64,000 bases of DNA from Prochlorococcus sp. AG-402-N10 (GTDB taxonomy: Bacteria > Cyanobacteriota > Cyanobacteriia > PCC-6307 > Cyanobiaceae): contig QCIU01000006.1 in NCBI GenBank assembly GCA_003216465.1, positions 4,967-68,966 on the forward strand. Reading direction: 5' to 3'. The notes under the pieces were generated by a model that was not told where the DNA came from, did no database searches, and worked only from the letters and a program-made list of their open reading frames with translations. This document shows positions 39,184 through 50,977 of the stretch, in pieces. A program made the position numbers and the translations under genes. Numbering within the stretch: position 1 is the first letter of the stretch; each line of letters opens with the position of its first letter.

Positions 39184-40302
39184 TTGAATGATAAAAAAGA
39201 ACTAAAATTAATATTAGTGGCAGCTAGAAATCATCTTTCTAGGGGAGATCTTAAGAATTTATTAGCGTATTTAGAGTCAGATAAATGTGAATTTCAGATT
39301 TCTCTACAAATTTCAGAACCTACGGAACAACCTGAATTACTTGAGTTACATAGATTAGTTGCGATTCCAGCATTAATTAAAGTTTCCCCAGCTCCAAAGC
39401 AAATATTTGCTGGAAGTAATATTTTTAATCAGTTGCAAACCTGGTTACCAAGGTGGAAACAGGAAGGGTTAACAAAAAATTTAGGTATTAATCTACAACC
39501 TTCAAAAATAGATTCAACTAGAACACAAAAAGAATTTCTTCTAGAGGACGAATTACTTGTCCTAAGACAAGAAAATGAGACACTTACAAAAAGAATTGAA
39601 TCACAAGAAAGACTTTTAAGAATGGTTGCACATGAATTGAGGACCCCATTAACAGCAGCTACACTTGCTATTCAAAGTCAAAAACTTGGACAGATTGATA
39701 TAAAAAAACTACAAGATGTTATTAAACGTCGTTTAGAAGAAATAGAACTTTTATCTCAAGACCTGCTTGAGGTTGGAACAACTAAGTGGGAAGCGCTTTT
39801 TAATCCTCAAAAAATTGATTTAGGAAATATTAGTGCTGAAGCAATTCTTGAATTAGAAAAGTTTTGGAGATTACGAAAAATACAAATTGATACAGATATC
39901 CCTTCAGATCTTCCAAATGTATTTGCAGATCAAAGAAGAATGAGACAAGTATTTTTAAATTTAATTGAAAATGCTCTCAAATTTTCAGAAGACTCTGGAA
40001 CAATAAAAATTACAATTATACATAAAACAAATCAATGGGTAGAAATAACAATATGTGACAAAGGTGCTGGAATACCTCTGGGGGAACAAAAAAGAATTTT
40101 TCTTGATAGAGTGAGGCTGCCACAGACATCCGAGGAAACATCAGGATTTGGAATTGGATTATCTGTATGTAGAAGAATAGTAGAAGTTCATGGCGGAAGA
40201 ATATGGGTTGTATCAGAAGTTGGGGTAGGTTCGTGCTTTCATTTTACTGTCCCAGTGTGGCAAGGCCAAAACAAAGATCAACAACACTTGACGAAAGGAT
40301 AG
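39184..40302 (+). CDS. sasA: adaptive-response sensor histidine kinase SasA (KaiB-like N-terminal domain plus HisKA/HATPase)
   Basis: KaiB/thioredoxin-like N-terminus ([12 protein letters not shown]...), H-box [11 protein letters not shown]-box [12 protein letters not shown]-boxes DKGAGIP and GFGIGLS. TTG start. Confidence 0.85.
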   Translation: MNDKKELKLILVAARNHLSRGDLKNLLAYLESDKCEFQISLQISEPTEQPELLELHRLVAIPALIKVSPAPKQIFAGSNIFNQLQTWLPRWKQEGLTKNLGINLQPSKIDSTRTQKEFLLEDELLVLRQENETLTKRIESQERLLRMVAHELRTPLTAATLAIQSQKLGQIDIKKLQDVIKRRLEEIELLSQDLLEVGTTKWEALFNPQKIDLGNISAEAILELEKFWRLRKIQIDTDIPSDLPNVFADQRRMRQVFLNLIENALKFSEDSGTIKITIIHKTNQWVEITICDKGAGIPLGEQKRIFLDRVRLPQTSEETSGFGIGLSVCRRIVEVHGGRIWVVSEVGVGSCFHFTVPVWQGQNKDQQHLTKG

Positions 40303-40343
40303 TTTTACTCCTAATTTTTTATAAGCTATAAAGCTATTTCCTT

Positions 40344-40416
40344 GGCCCCATCGTCTAGAGGCCTAGGACACCTCCCTTTCACGGAGGCGACAGGGGTTCG
40401 AATCCCCTTGGGGCTA
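40344..40416 (+). tRNA. trnE: tRNA-Glu (anticodon UUC), CCA not encoded
   Basis: The cloverleaf folds by hand: acceptor GGCCCCA/TGGGGCT, anticodon loop CTTTCAC, T-arm AGGGGTTCGAATCCCCT, discriminator A. Confidence 0.9.
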
Positions 40417-40440
40417 TAATTTAAATCTATTTTTCAATTA

Positions 40441-40980
40441 TTAATTTAATTGAATTTTTTTTGCTTGCTTATCTACTGCTAATAAATTTTCTGAAAGATC
40501 TTTTTTTAACCTTTTCTCAATCATCCCAATAGGCATCCACTGACAACCTTGGACTGTTAGATCGTAAACTAATGAACTATTAGACGAGTTATTAATTTTT
40601 TTTATTTTCCAACTGCCTTCAAATCTTCTAAAATCTCCCTTAATCAGGCTAAATTTTAATAAGCCAAGTTCTTTTTCTTCAAATAAGTCAATAGTTACTT
40701 CTGCTGAAAACTTCATTCCAAGGAAATCTTGGGCTCCGACTTGTTTTAGATGAACATTATTATTTTTTTTATATATTTTTTTACTAGACAATAGGTTTGG
40801 AATATAAAGATTTAAATGATCATAATCTGTTAGAACATTCCAAAGAGACTCGAAAGTAGCAGAGGTCGTTAATTGAGCAGCAAGCCTTCTTGTCCCTCCA
40901 GAAAGCTTTTCCATCGTTTGCTCAATTGTTCTGTAATCATTATTTTGATAATGATTCGCTGATCCCTGAGAATTATTCAT
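40441..40980 (-). CDS. SRPBCC/START-fold (polyketide cyclase/dehydrase-like) protein
   Basis: LWNVLTDYDHLNLYIPNLLSSK and G.F..FEGSW patterns typical of the fold. Confidence 0.5.
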   Translation of the reverse strand: MNNSQGSANHYQNNDYRTIEQTMEKLSGGTRRLAAQLTTSATFESLWNVLTDYDHLNLYIPNLLSSKKIYKKNNNVHLKQVGAQDFLGMKFSAEVTIDLFEEKELGLLKFSLIKGDFRRFEGSWKIKKINNSSNSSLVYDLTVQGCQWMPIGMIEKRLKKDLSENLLAVDKQAKKIQLN

Positions 40981-41150
40981 AAATGAATTTTTTATTAAAT
41001 AAAAAATTATTTCTGTGCCACTATACCGGCAAAATTAATAATAAATGTGAAATGAGAAAATTTATTATGTATATATTCCGATCTCAAAACGTAACCATTT
41101 TTATAAAAGACATACAAATTAGGATACAAATTGATAATCTTTTAATATAA

Positions 41151-42275
<1,125 letters not shown>

Positions 42276-42376
42276 TATTTATTTTGAAAATTAATATACT
42301 TTTTTGGTTTAGACACAAAATGTAGCTAATTAGTTAAAAAAAGACGATTTTAACTATATAAGACTTTTAAAAAGAT

Positions 42377-43900
42377 ATGTCCTCAACCTTTAGTAATCCT
42401 CTTAGATTAGGTTTACGACAAGAAAGAGTGATATCTCCTCAATGCCTAATAATTTTTGGAGCTAGTGGAGATCTTACTCACAGGAAACTTATCCCCGCAT
42501 TATTTGAACTCTATTTGCAGAGAAGGATTCCCAGTGAGTTTGCCATAGTTGGATGTGCAAGAAGACCATGGAGTGATCAAGATTTTAGGGAAAAAATGAA
42601 AGCAAAGTTGGCCGATCAAATTTCCAATAATGAAAAGGAGTGGGATAAGTTTTCAAATTATTTATTCTATGAACCAGTTGATTTGCAGCAAAGTGAACAT
42701 GTTGTAAGGCTTTCTAAAAGATTAAATGAAATTGATAAATTACAGGCTACACACGGAAATAAAACTTTCTACTTATCAGTATCTCCAAATTTCTATGGAA
42801 GTGGATGTAAAGCTCTTAAGGCAGCTGGATTAATCGATGATCCTAAGAAAAGTAGAGTTGTTATCGAAAAACCTTTTGGGAGGGATTATTCAAGTGCTAA
42901 GAAATTAAATAAGATCGTTCAAAGTTGTGCAGACGAAAGTCAGATATACAGAATAGATCACTATTTAGGTAAAGAGACTGTTCAGAATATACTTGTAATG
43001 AGGTTTGCTAATACTATCTTTGAGCCTATATGGAATAGGAATTATATTTCAAGTGTTCAAATAACATCATCGGAAACAGTAGGGGTCGAAGATAGAGCGG
43101 GTTATTATGAGAGCTCAGGGGCTTTAAGAGATATGCTCCAAAATCATTTAACTCAAATGCTTGCTGTTACGGCAATGGAGCCACCAGGCAAATTTGAACC
43201 TGAAGCAATAAGGAATGAAAAAGCAAAAGTTCTTCAAGCCTCAAATCTTGCAGATGAGAATGAACCATGGAACTGCTGTATTAGAGGACAGTATGCAAAA
43301 GGAGGGAATAGCTTAAAAAGACTGAAAGGTTATAGAGATGAGGATGGAGTAAATTTGAACAGTACAACAGAAACTTATATCGCTACAAAAGTTTTTATTG
43401 ATAATTGGCGCTGGCAAGGAGTTCCTTTCTACTTAAGAACAGGGAAAAGACTACCTAAAAGACTTGGCGAAATTGTATTAACATTCAAAGATGTTCCAGT
43501 ACATTTATTCGAATCAACGATAATTAATCCTGCGCCAAATCAGCTTATTCTCAGGATTCAACCTAATGAAGGAGCTACTTTTAAATTTGAAGTCAAATCC
43601 CCTGGTTCTGGTATGAAATCAAGGCCAGTTGAGATGGAATTTTCATACGATGAGTCTTTTGGAGAACCCTCTGATGAAGGTTATGTAAGATTGTTGGCTG
43701 ATGCCATGCTTTCTGACCCTACTTTGTTCACAAGAAGTGATGAAGTGGAAGCTGCTTGGAAACTTTATACACCATTAATAGAATTAATGGAAAATGCACC
43801 GTGGAAGTTACCTATTCACAAATACGAATCAATGACGTGGGGACCTCCTGAATCAGATCAATTACTTTCTAAAGACAATCTTTTCTGGCGGAGACCTTAA
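42377..43900 (+). CDS. zwf: glucose-6-phosphate 1-dehydrogenase
   Basis: IFGASGDLT, EKPFG, RIDHYLGKE. Confidence 0.95.
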   Translation: MSSTFSNPLRLGLRQERVISPQCLIIFGASGDLTHRKLIPALFELYLQRRIPSEFAIVGCARRPWSDQDFREKMKAKLADQISNNEKEWDKFSNYLFYEPVDLQQSEHVVRLSKRLNEIDKLQATHGNKTFYLSVSPNFYGSGCKALKAAGLIDDPKKSRVVIEKPFGRDYSSAKKLNKIVQSCADESQIYRIDHYLGKETVQNILVMRFANTIFEPIWNRNYISSVQITSSETVGVEDRAGYYESSGALRDMLQNHLTQMLAVTAMEPPGKFEPEAIRNEKAKVLQASNLADENEPWNCCIRGQYAKGGNSLKRLKGYRDEDGVNLNSTTETYIATKVFIDNWRWQGVPFYLRTGKRLPKRLGEIVLTFKDVPVHLFESTIINPAPNQLILRIQPNEGATFKFEVKSPGSGMKSRPVEMEFSYDESFGEPSDEGYVRLLADAMLSDPTLFTRSDEVEAAWKLYTPLIELMENAPWKLPIHKYESMTWGPPESDQLLSKDNLFWRRP

Positions 43901-43906
43901 CCTATA

Positions 43907-45208
43907 ATGAAACCTCAATTAACGCTTCAAGCTCCATTAGAGCTGCCTCATCAAGAAATATCTAATTATTTAAATCAATTATGGATTTCTGAAGAAGAAG
44001 ATAGCTCCGGAGCTAATACTTTTACTTTGATGGTATGGCAGCCTGCATGGCTTGAACAGTGTTTAGTTCAAAATGGCTTAATAAACGGACCTATTACTGG
44101 GATCTTGAGTCCAGAGATTATAAAAGTTGCTAAAAAATTTATAATAAATAAAGGATTACCTCATACTACTTCTATAAATAGTGGAGAATTATTAGATTTA
44201 CTGAAGGAAAATTTATTAATTAAAGATCATGAAGATTTAAGAGGACAATTCTTTGAATCTTCAATAAGCACTTTGAATCCTAGAAGATTAATTACCCTGG
44301 CGCCGACTTTAAATAAAGCGTCAGAGATAAAAACTTTTGTATCTGCCTATTGCCCATTAAGTGAAAACAACATAACACAAACTATTTGCGGGGACTTAGT
44401 TGTTGTTAGGGGTGACTCTAATTCTATTTACGAAAAAGGATTGAATATTATTGATGAATTAACTATAAAAGATTTACCTACATGGCTATGGTGGAATGGC
44501 AGCCTTGATGAAGCACAAGAAATTTTTAATTTTTTTACTGATCATGGAATAAGGTTAATTATTGATACTGCAATTGGTTCACCCAAAAGATGTTTAAAGA
44601 TTCTTGATCAATCAATAAGATCTAATAAAGCTATTAATGATTTGAATTGGGTAAGACTCAAAAGTTGGCGTGAATCATTGGCAATGATTTTTGATCCTCC
44701 AACAAGGAGGCCTATATTAGACCATATCTCTGATATTGATATAGATATTGCAGAAGGTAATTTTCTTCAAGCATTGTTTTTAATTTCATGGATAAGTGAC
44801 AAACTAGAATGGGAGTTTTCAAAAATAGAAAACTATGGAGAATTAATAAAAATTGAATTCGAAAGAAATAATGGCGAGAAAATTTCGACAGGTATAAACT
44901 CTGTACCTTTGGGAAATCAAGGTATTCATTCAGGCCAAGTTATTGGGTTAAGGTTGATTTCTAAAATTAGTGAGGTACAAAAAAATAATACTTGTGTTAT
45001 TCTCGGCTGCGAATCTGTTGAATGTATGAGACTTGAAGCCGGAGGTATGGCTGATATGCAACTAATAGAGCAAGTTGTGCCAAATGCTTTTTCTTCTTCA
45101 GAATCTGATGTTAGTAAGCTATTGGGAAGTAGTAGAGGAAATACAAGTCCGCTTTTTGAAAATTCTATTAAGGTTGCAGTTAAAATATTTAATAGTATTA
45201 ATAATTAA
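43907..45208 (+). CDS. opcA: OpcA, G6PDH assembly/activator protein
   Basis: Lies immediately downstream of zwf. N-terminal ...ISNYLNQLW and TFTLMVW patterns typical of OpcA. Confidence 0.8.
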   Translation: MKPQLTLQAPLELPHQEISNYLNQLWISEEEDSSGANTFTLMVWQPAWLEQCLVQNGLINGPITGILSPEIIKVAKKFIINKGLPHTTSINSGELLDLLKENLLIKDHEDLRGQFFESSISTLNPRRLITLAPTLNKASEIKTFVSAYCPLSENNITQTICGDLVVVRGDSNSIYEKGLNIIDELTIKDLPTWLWWNGSLDEAQEIFNFFTDHGIRLIIDTAIGSPKRCLKILDQSIRSNKAINDLNWVRLKSWRESLAMIFDPPTRRPILDHISDIDIDIAEGNFLQALFLISWISDKLEWEFSKIENYGELIKIEFERNNGEKISTGINSVPLGNQGIHSGQVIGLRLISKISEVQKNNTCVILGCESVECMRLEAGGMADMQLIEQVVPNAFSSSESDVSKLLGSSRGNTSPLFENSIKVAVKIFNSINN

Positions 45209-45218
45209 AAATAATTAA

Positions 45219-46610
45219 ATGCCTTGTGTAATATCTTCTCCTTCGACTGATAGTGGGAAAACTACATTATCGCTTTTGATTTCTTGCTGGGCTTTTTCAA
45301 AAGGTATAAAAATACAAACGTTCAAGGTTGGGCCAGATTATCTTGATCAACAACAACTTAGTGCAATTGGCCAGCCTATTTGTAGGAATTTAGATATTTT
45401 TTTAAGTGGTGAAGAATGGGTTCAAAGAAATTTCTTTAAATATTCATTGAAATATGAATTCTCATTGATTGAGGGAGCTATGGGTCTTTTTGATGGATTA
45501 GGCGCAACTACTTATTCTAGTACTGCAAATGTTGCCAAACTTCTTAATATCCCAATCATTTTTATTGTTAATGCTAGAGGGCAAGTAGCCTCTCTTCTCG
45601 CAAAAGTTAGAGGTTTTAGAGATTTTGATAATCGGTTATCAATAAAAGGGATTATATTTAATAACGTCAATTCAGATAGACATATAAAATTAATAAGAGA
45701 AGTTTTTAAAGATGAAGACATCGAAATCCTAGGATTTTTACCTTCTGATTCAAAAATAACTGTAAATAAAGCTAATTTAGGTTTAATTTCCCCATTTGAT
45801 AGTGATAGAAATATTGATGTTGATTATTTTGCAAGTTTTGCGGAAAAAAATCTTGATGTAGTTTCTCTATGTAAATTTCTTAAATCTCCTGCAAAAACAA
45901 TATTAAATATTTCCAGTAGTAAAAATTTTAAAATAGATAAAAGGAAACCTATTGCAATTGCAGAAGATAAAATCTTTCATTTTCAATACCCTGAAACAAA
46001 GGAGTTTCTTAATGAAATAGGAATACCTTTAATTTCATGGAGTATTTTTAATAATGAAGAAATTCCAAAAGAGGCTTCATCTTTAATAATTCCAGGAGGG
46101 TTTCCTGAAAAATATGCTAACCATATTAGTGATTCAAAAAAAAGTTTAAATTCATTAAGGGAATTCCGTAAAAAGGGATTTATTTATGCTGAGTGTGGTG
46201 GGATGATGATTTTAGGAGACACAATAAAAGATGAACAGGGTAAGAACCATAAAATGAGTGGAATATTGCCTTTTAAATCAAAAAAAAGTCGTTTGTCAGT
46301 AGGGTATAGATATATAAAAGGTTTGAAAGATACTCCATTAATAAAGCAAAATCAATCAATTAGAGGACATGAATTTCATTATTGGGAAGTTGAAAGTTCT
46401 TCTTCAGAATATGATTTAAAAAAAATTGAGCATCTTAACCAACTATCTTCACCATGGGAAATTAAATCATGGGAAACTGAATTTAAAAATGAAGGTTGGG
46501 CTGATAAAAAATTACATGCAAGTTGGATACATTTACACTTGCCAAGTTGCCCGGAAGCCGCAAAAAACTTTGTAGATGCTACACAAGCTGATTTTTCTAA
46601 AAACTGCTAA
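45219..46610 (+). CDS. cbiA: cobyrinate a,c-diamide synthase
   Basis: N-terminal STDSGKTT P-loop, KVGPDYLD, C-terminal glutamine amidotransferase with ECGGMM. Confidence 0.85.
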   Translation: MPCVISSPSTDSGKTTLSLLISCWAFSKGIKIQTFKVGPDYLDQQQLSAIGQPICRNLDIFLSGEEWVQRNFFKYSLKYEFSLIEGAMGLFDGLGATTYSSTANVAKLLNIPIIFIVNARGQVASLLAKVRGFRDFDNRLSIKGIIFNNVNSDRHIKLIREVFKDEDIEILGFLPSDSKITVNKANLGLISPFDSDRNIDVDYFASFAEKNLDVVSLCKFLKSPAKTILNISSSKNFKIDKRKPIAIAEDKIFHFQYPETKEFLNEIGIPLISWSIFNNEEIPKEASSLIIPGGFPEKYANHISDSKKSLNSLREFRKKGFIYAECGGMMILGDTIKDEQGKNHKMSGILPFKSKKSRLSVGYRYIKGLKDTPLIKQNQSIRGHEFHYWEVESSSSEYDLKKIEHLNQLSSPWEIKSWETEFKNEGWADKKLHASWIHLHLPSCPEAAKNFVDATQADFSKNC

Positions 46611-47086
46611 TTTATTAAGAAATCAAATATGTTGAGAGGAGAACCTATAAAAACTATTCCAGGCAATGTAATTAGTGGTCCTAAGAGACTTCCTACAATA
46701 ACCTCAAATTTTGTATGACCGAGAGTTTCTTTTAAATTCACTTGAGATTTAGGATCGATTTTTTTGGATAGCTTGTTAATTTCTGCAGCCTGTATACCAG
46801 CTGATTTTCTAACCCCGCTAGCGTCATACATAACAATTAGTGAAACTGCAATTGCTAATGCAAATATTGGGCTATCAAATCCTAATTGAAAACCTATTCC
46901 TGATGAAGCACCAGTTATTAAAGCAGAATGGCTTGAGGGCATACCACCTGTTTCGAACATAATTCCAAATCTAATTTCTCCCGTTGAAAAGAAATTGAAT
47001 ATAATTTTAAAAAATTGAGCAAATAAACAAGATAATAAACTCCAGAAAAGAATTGAATTGTTTAAAAAAGCTGAAAATTCTGACAT
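46607..47086 (-). CDS. divergent PAP2 / DUF212 membrane protein (acid phosphatase / vanadium-haloperoxidase-related)
   Basis: GGMPSSHSALI and YDASGVR motifs; 4-5 hydrophobic helices. Confidence 0.65.
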   Translation of the reverse strand: MSEFSAFLNNSILFWSLLSCLFAQFFKIIFNFFSTGEIRFGIMFETGGMPSSHSALITGASSGIGFQLGFDSPIFALAIAVSLIVMYDASGVRKSAGIQAAEINKLSKKIDPKSQVNLKETLGHTKFEVIVGSLLGPLITLPGIVFIGSPLNIFDFLIN

Positions 47087-47100
47087 AAATTTAATCCTCT

Positions 47101-48003
47101 TTACCGATCTCTATTTGTAATGAAATCAGCTAAGGATATTAAATATTTAGCATCTAAACCCCAAGGTTCAATTGCTTTTTTTGCTTTATCAACTAAATCA
47201 AAAGCTCTTTTCTTTGATTCCTCCATACCAAGTAATTTTGGGTATGTAGTTTTATCTGCCAAAAGATCTTTACCAGCTGTTTTACCGAGTTTGTCGCTAC
47301 TTGAAGTTAAATCAAGTATGTCATCTATTATCTGGAATGCCAAACCAATTCCTTCTGCATATATGGTTAGAGCCTTTAATAATTCTTTATTAGCTCCGGC
47401 AATCATTGCTCCAGTTCTTACGCAAGCTTTTAGTAATGCACCAGTTTTGTGAAGATGAATATATTCAAGGGTTTCGAGGTCAACTTCTTTCCCTTCACAT
47501 TCTAGGTCAACAACTTGACCACCAACTAATCCGGGAGCTCCTGCTACTAGGGAAAGTTCTCCAACTACATTTAATAACCTATTTGGATCAACACCAGGGC
47601 TTCTTAATGAGACCATTTCAAAGGCTCTTGTTAATAAGGCATCACCAGCAAGAATAGCTAATGCGTCTCCATAAACTTTATGATTGGTAGGTCTCCCTCT
47701 CCTTAAGTCGTCATTGTCCATAGCGGGCAAATCATCATGTATTAATGACATGGTATGAATCATTTCTATAGCAACTGCTGTAGGAATAGCTAGAGAGGGT
47801 TCACCTCCTGCTAGTGAGCAGGAGGCTAGACATAAAATTGGACGTATCCTTTTACCTCCAGCCAGGAGGGAATACCTCATTGATTCCCTAAGTATTTCTG
47901 GCTTCTCTGGCCCTAGAGAGAAATCAAGAGCTTCTTCCACGACCTTTTTTGTCTCTTTAAGATATTTATCAAAATCTGAAATATTATCGATAACTTCTGT
48001 CAT
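47101..48003 (-). CDS. crtE: geranylgeranyl diphosphate synthase (trans-polyprenyl synthase)
   Basis: [21 protein letters not shown] and [13 protein letters not shown]. Confidence 0.9.
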   Translation of the reverse strand: MTEVIDNISDFDKYLKETKKVVEEALDFSLGPEKPEILRESMRYSLLAGGKRIRPILCLASCSLAGGEPSLAIPTAVAIEMIHTMSLIHDDLPAMDNDDLRRGRPTNHKVYGDALAILAGDALLTRAFEMVSLRSPGVDPNRLLNVVGELSLVAGAPGLVGGQVVDLECEGKEVDLETLEYIHLHKTGALLKACVRTGAMIAGANKELLKALTIYAEGIGLAFQIIDDILDLTSSSDKLGKTAGKDLLADKTTYPKLLGMEESKKRAFDLVDKAKKAIEPWGLDAKYLISLADFITNRDR

Positions 48004-48040
48004 TTTTTACGTTGAGTAAATTTTTTCTGCATCCTGGGTT

Positions 48041-48937
48041 TTATGGCAGTAGGTCATTAAGAGTAGATGATAAACCAAATTGTTTTTGCCAGCTAAAAAT
48101 AGTATTTACTAGTAACATTGTTACTGTCATTGGTCCAACTCCTCCAGGTACGGGTGTGTATGCAAATACTTTGGGAATTACATCTTCTAATAATACATCC
48201 CCACATAATTTGGTTTTAGTTTTATCGGGACTTGTTAATCTATGTATTCCGACATCAATAATTACGGCACCCTCCTTAACATAAGTTGAGTCTATTAGGT
48301 TAGGTTTTCCTGCAGCGGCAATTAATATATCAGCTTCTTTGCAGATGTTGTTTAAATTTATAGTTTTTGAATGTGTCATTGTAACGGTCCCATTAAGATT
48401 TAACAACATAAGAGATAAGGGTTTCCCAACTAGGAGACTTCTTCCAATAACCACAATTTTCTTTCCTTCAATTGTAATATTTTGGGATCTTAGTAAATTA
48501 ACAATCCCAGCAGGCGTGCAAGATCTCATTGCAGGTTCATTTTTTACCAATTTACCAATATTTTGCTCATTCAATCCATCTACATCTTTGTCTGGATTTA
48601 TGCAACTTATCAAACTTTGCTCATCAAATTTCTTTGGGATGGGAAGTTGTAATAACATTCCATCAATATCATTATCAAGGTTTAATTTATTTATTAATTT
48701 CTCAATTTCTGTTTGCTCTACGGTATTTTTTAGATGAAATATAAAACTCTTTATCCCAACTCTTGAACAAGCTTTTTCTTTGTTGTTTACATAAATCCCG
48801 CTCGCTGGATCTTCACCTATTCTTATTACGGCTAAACTAGGATTTCTTTTTGCCATTTCTTTATTATCAAAAATATAATTTTTTAATTTTTCTTCTATTT
48901 CTAAAGATAATTTTTTCCCATCTAGTTTTAATGACAT
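48041..48937 (-). CDS. folD: bifunctional methylene-THF dehydrogenase / methenyl-THF cyclohydrolase
   Basis: [22 protein letters not shown]. Confidence 0.9.
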   Translation of the reverse strand: MSLKLDGKKLSLEIEEKLKNYIFDNKEMAKRNPSLAVIRIGEDPASGIYVNNKEKACSRVGIKSFIFHLKNTVEQTEIEKLINKLNLDNDIDGMLLQLPIPKKFDEQSLISCINPDKDVDGLNEQNIGKLVKNEPAMRSCTPAGIVNLLRSQNITIEGKKIVVIGRSLLVGKPLSLMLLNLNGTVTMTHSKTINLNNICKEADILIAAAGKPNLIDSTYVKEGAVIIDVGIHRLTSPDKTKTKLCGDVLLEDVIPKVFAYTPVPGGVGPMTVTMLLVNTIFSWQKQFGLSSTLNDLLP

Positions 48938-49011
48938 TTAGAAAAACTTCTCCTTTTTACTCCTAGCATGCCTATAATTTTATATTAATCAATTAGTATT
49001 TACTATATTCT

Positions 49012-50484
49012 GTGCAAAACCTTACAAGGACTCTAAAAAAATTAATTTACTTTTGGAATAGAACTCAAGTTCCTATTAAACAACCAGTTCGAATTTCTAA
49101 AATAGATAAATTAATTATATCCCTAATATGCATTGTCATTTCTATAATCTCATCATATAAATTACTTCTTGTTTCAAATTTACAAAGTTCAGTTATCTTT
49201 TCTTGGGTTTTATCTTTCAGTGAAGTTCTAATTAGCTGCTTATTTTTAATACTTGTTTCTAGAAAAGAAAATCCAAATATTAATTCTAGACAAATCCTCT
49301 TAATTATCTCACTTCTGTTAATTGTTCAGGCGATAAAAAGTATATTTGTATCAATACATAATCCTCTTTCAATTATAGTTCCTCCCGCCTTAATTATTTC
49401 ACAAGGAATGGGAAGTATTACTGCTTTAACTTGGGTATCAATAGCAAGTTTAAGCTGGCCCGATTCTTTAATTAAAATAAATAGTAATTTACTACTCATT
49501 ACCTTAACTTGTTCCTGCTTCGTTTCAGTTCTTGGAGGTAAAATAAGAAGTCGAGCTCAATTACTTCAGCTTTCAATATTTGTGCCTTTCGGGGCCTTTA
49601 TTGCTCAATGGATATTAATAAGAAATGAAAAAATTTCTCTAACAGATAACCAAGAATTTTTTGCTTCAAATGGTCAAATATTCTCAGATTCTCTCTTATT
49701 GGCAATAATTATGCTCATAACAATATTATTTATTCCTATTTTTGAGTCAATATTTGGATTGTTAACAAAGGCAAGATTATTGGAATTGGCTGATAAAGAG
49801 AAACCTCTCATTAGAAGACTTTCTATTGAAGCTCCTGGCACCTTTGAACATACTTTATTGATATGTGGATTGGCTGAAGAGGCGACAAGAATGATAGGTG
49901 GAGATATTGATCTTATTAAAACTGGTTCTCTTTATCATGATGTAGGGAAGTTACATGCCCCAAATTGGTTTATAGAGAATCAAGATGGGTCAATAAATCC
50001 ACATGATGAAATAGATGATCCTTTAAAAAGTGCGGAAGTTTTACAAGCTCATGTTGATGAAGGACTTAAGTTCGCGAGGAAAAATAGATTGCCAAAACCA
50101 ATAGCCGATTTCATTCCTGAACATCAAGGTACTTTAAAAATGGGATATTTTCTTCATAAAGCTGAAGAGAAAAAACTTAAAATTAATGAGAGTGATTTTA
50201 GATATAAAGGACCTATTCCTCAATCTAAAGAAACAGCTATTTTGATGCTTGCTGATGGATGTGAAGCGGCATTAAGGGCAATGGATATAAACGCTTCTGA
50301 TCATGAAGCACTAGAAACAATATCCAAAATAGTTAATTCAAGGCAAATAGATGGTCAGTTAGATGATAGTAATCTTTCCAAGGGAGAAGTTTTTCTTATT
50401 AAAAAATCGTTTTTGAATGTCTGGAAAAGGATTAGACATAGAAGAATTCAATATCCAACAACTAAAAATAATACTTTTTCTTAA
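49012..50484 (+). CDS. 7-TM receptor-like membrane protein with a cytoplasmic HD/HDIG phosphohydrolase domain (PgpH-like)
   Basis: Multi-helix hydrophobic N-terminal half, then HTLLICGLAEEA...GSLYHDVGKL and IPEHQGT motifs of the HD domain. Confidence 0.75.
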   Translation: MQNLTRTLKKLIYFWNRTQVPIKQPVRISKIDKLIISLICIVISIISSYKLLLVSNLQSSVIFSWVLSFSEVLISCLFLILVSRKENPNINSRQILLIISLLLIVQAIKSIFVSIHNPLSIIVPPALIISQGMGSITALTWVSIASLSWPDSLIKINSNLLLITLTCSCFVSVLGGKIRSRAQLLQLSIFVPFGAFIAQWILIRNEKISLTDNQEFFASNGQIFSDSLLLAIIMLITILFIPIFESIFGLLTKARLLELADKEKPLIRRLSIEAPGTFEHTLLICGLAEEATRMIGGDIDLIKTGSLYHDVGKLHAPNWFIENQDGSINPHDEIDDPLKSAEVLQAHVDEGLKFARKNRLPKPIADFIPEHQGTLKMGYFLHKAEEKKLKINESDFRYKGPIPQSKETAILMLADGCEAALRAMDINASDHEALETISKIVNSRQIDGQLDDSNLSKGEVFLIKKSFLNVWKRIRHRRIQYPTTKNNTFS

Positions 50485-50494
50485 TCTAATATTT

Positions 50495-50887
50495 TTATAA
50501 TCTTATGGTTCTTCGATGTTTCGGGTTGCACCAATAAATTAAGGCCAAAATGCCAAATAAAGAAGTTGAGAGAGTTAATCCACCAATCCCAAAAATATCT
50601 TTAAAATTTACTAGTCGAATAATAGAATATGGAGCGGTGCCAGAAATTGTCATTGAGAGAGAGATAAGAGTTAATGTAATCCCCCATTTCTTATTCGCTA
50701 ATAAAGCAGAAGAAGAAACTATTCCAACTATTGCTGAAGGCCAGCCAAGGCTTATAGCTAAAGTAATATTTGCCACTTTTAATGGAGGCCCATAACTTAC
50801 TATTAATGCGATTATAGGCAAAGCAATTATATTACCTATCAAACCAACCCATGCAAGAATCCAATATCCTAATACCCTTTCTCTCAT
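50495..50887 (-). CDS. small integral membrane protein (about 4 TM), unknown function
   Basis: Four hydrophobic stretches; no motif. Confidence 0.45.
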   Translation of the reverse strand: MRERVLGYWILAWVGLIGNIIALPIIALIVSYGPPLKVANITLAISLGWPSAIVGIVSSSALLANKKWGITLTLISLSMTISGTAPYSIIRLVNFKDIFGIGGLTLSTSLFGILALIYWCNPKHRRTIRL

Positions 50888-50977
50888 TATTTTATTTGAA
50901 TAAATATGAACTTGAAGCTTTAATCTACATTATTAGGTTACTGGTTTTTATGTAAACTTAATAATCACAGAATTAAC

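Noticed and set aside
40303-40440. tRNA-Glu as a possible genomic-island or tycheposon-type integration site
   Set aside because: Both flanks are ordinary genes (sasA and an SRPBCC protein) within about 40 nt. I found no integrase, no partial tRNA direct repeat and no compositional break.
45512-48744. Track ORFs 45512-45721(-), 47120-47452(+), 47406-47657(+), 48012-48284(+), 48339-48737(+) and 48529-48744(+)
   Set aside because: They are antisense to cbiA, crtE and folD, all of which have unambiguous motifs.
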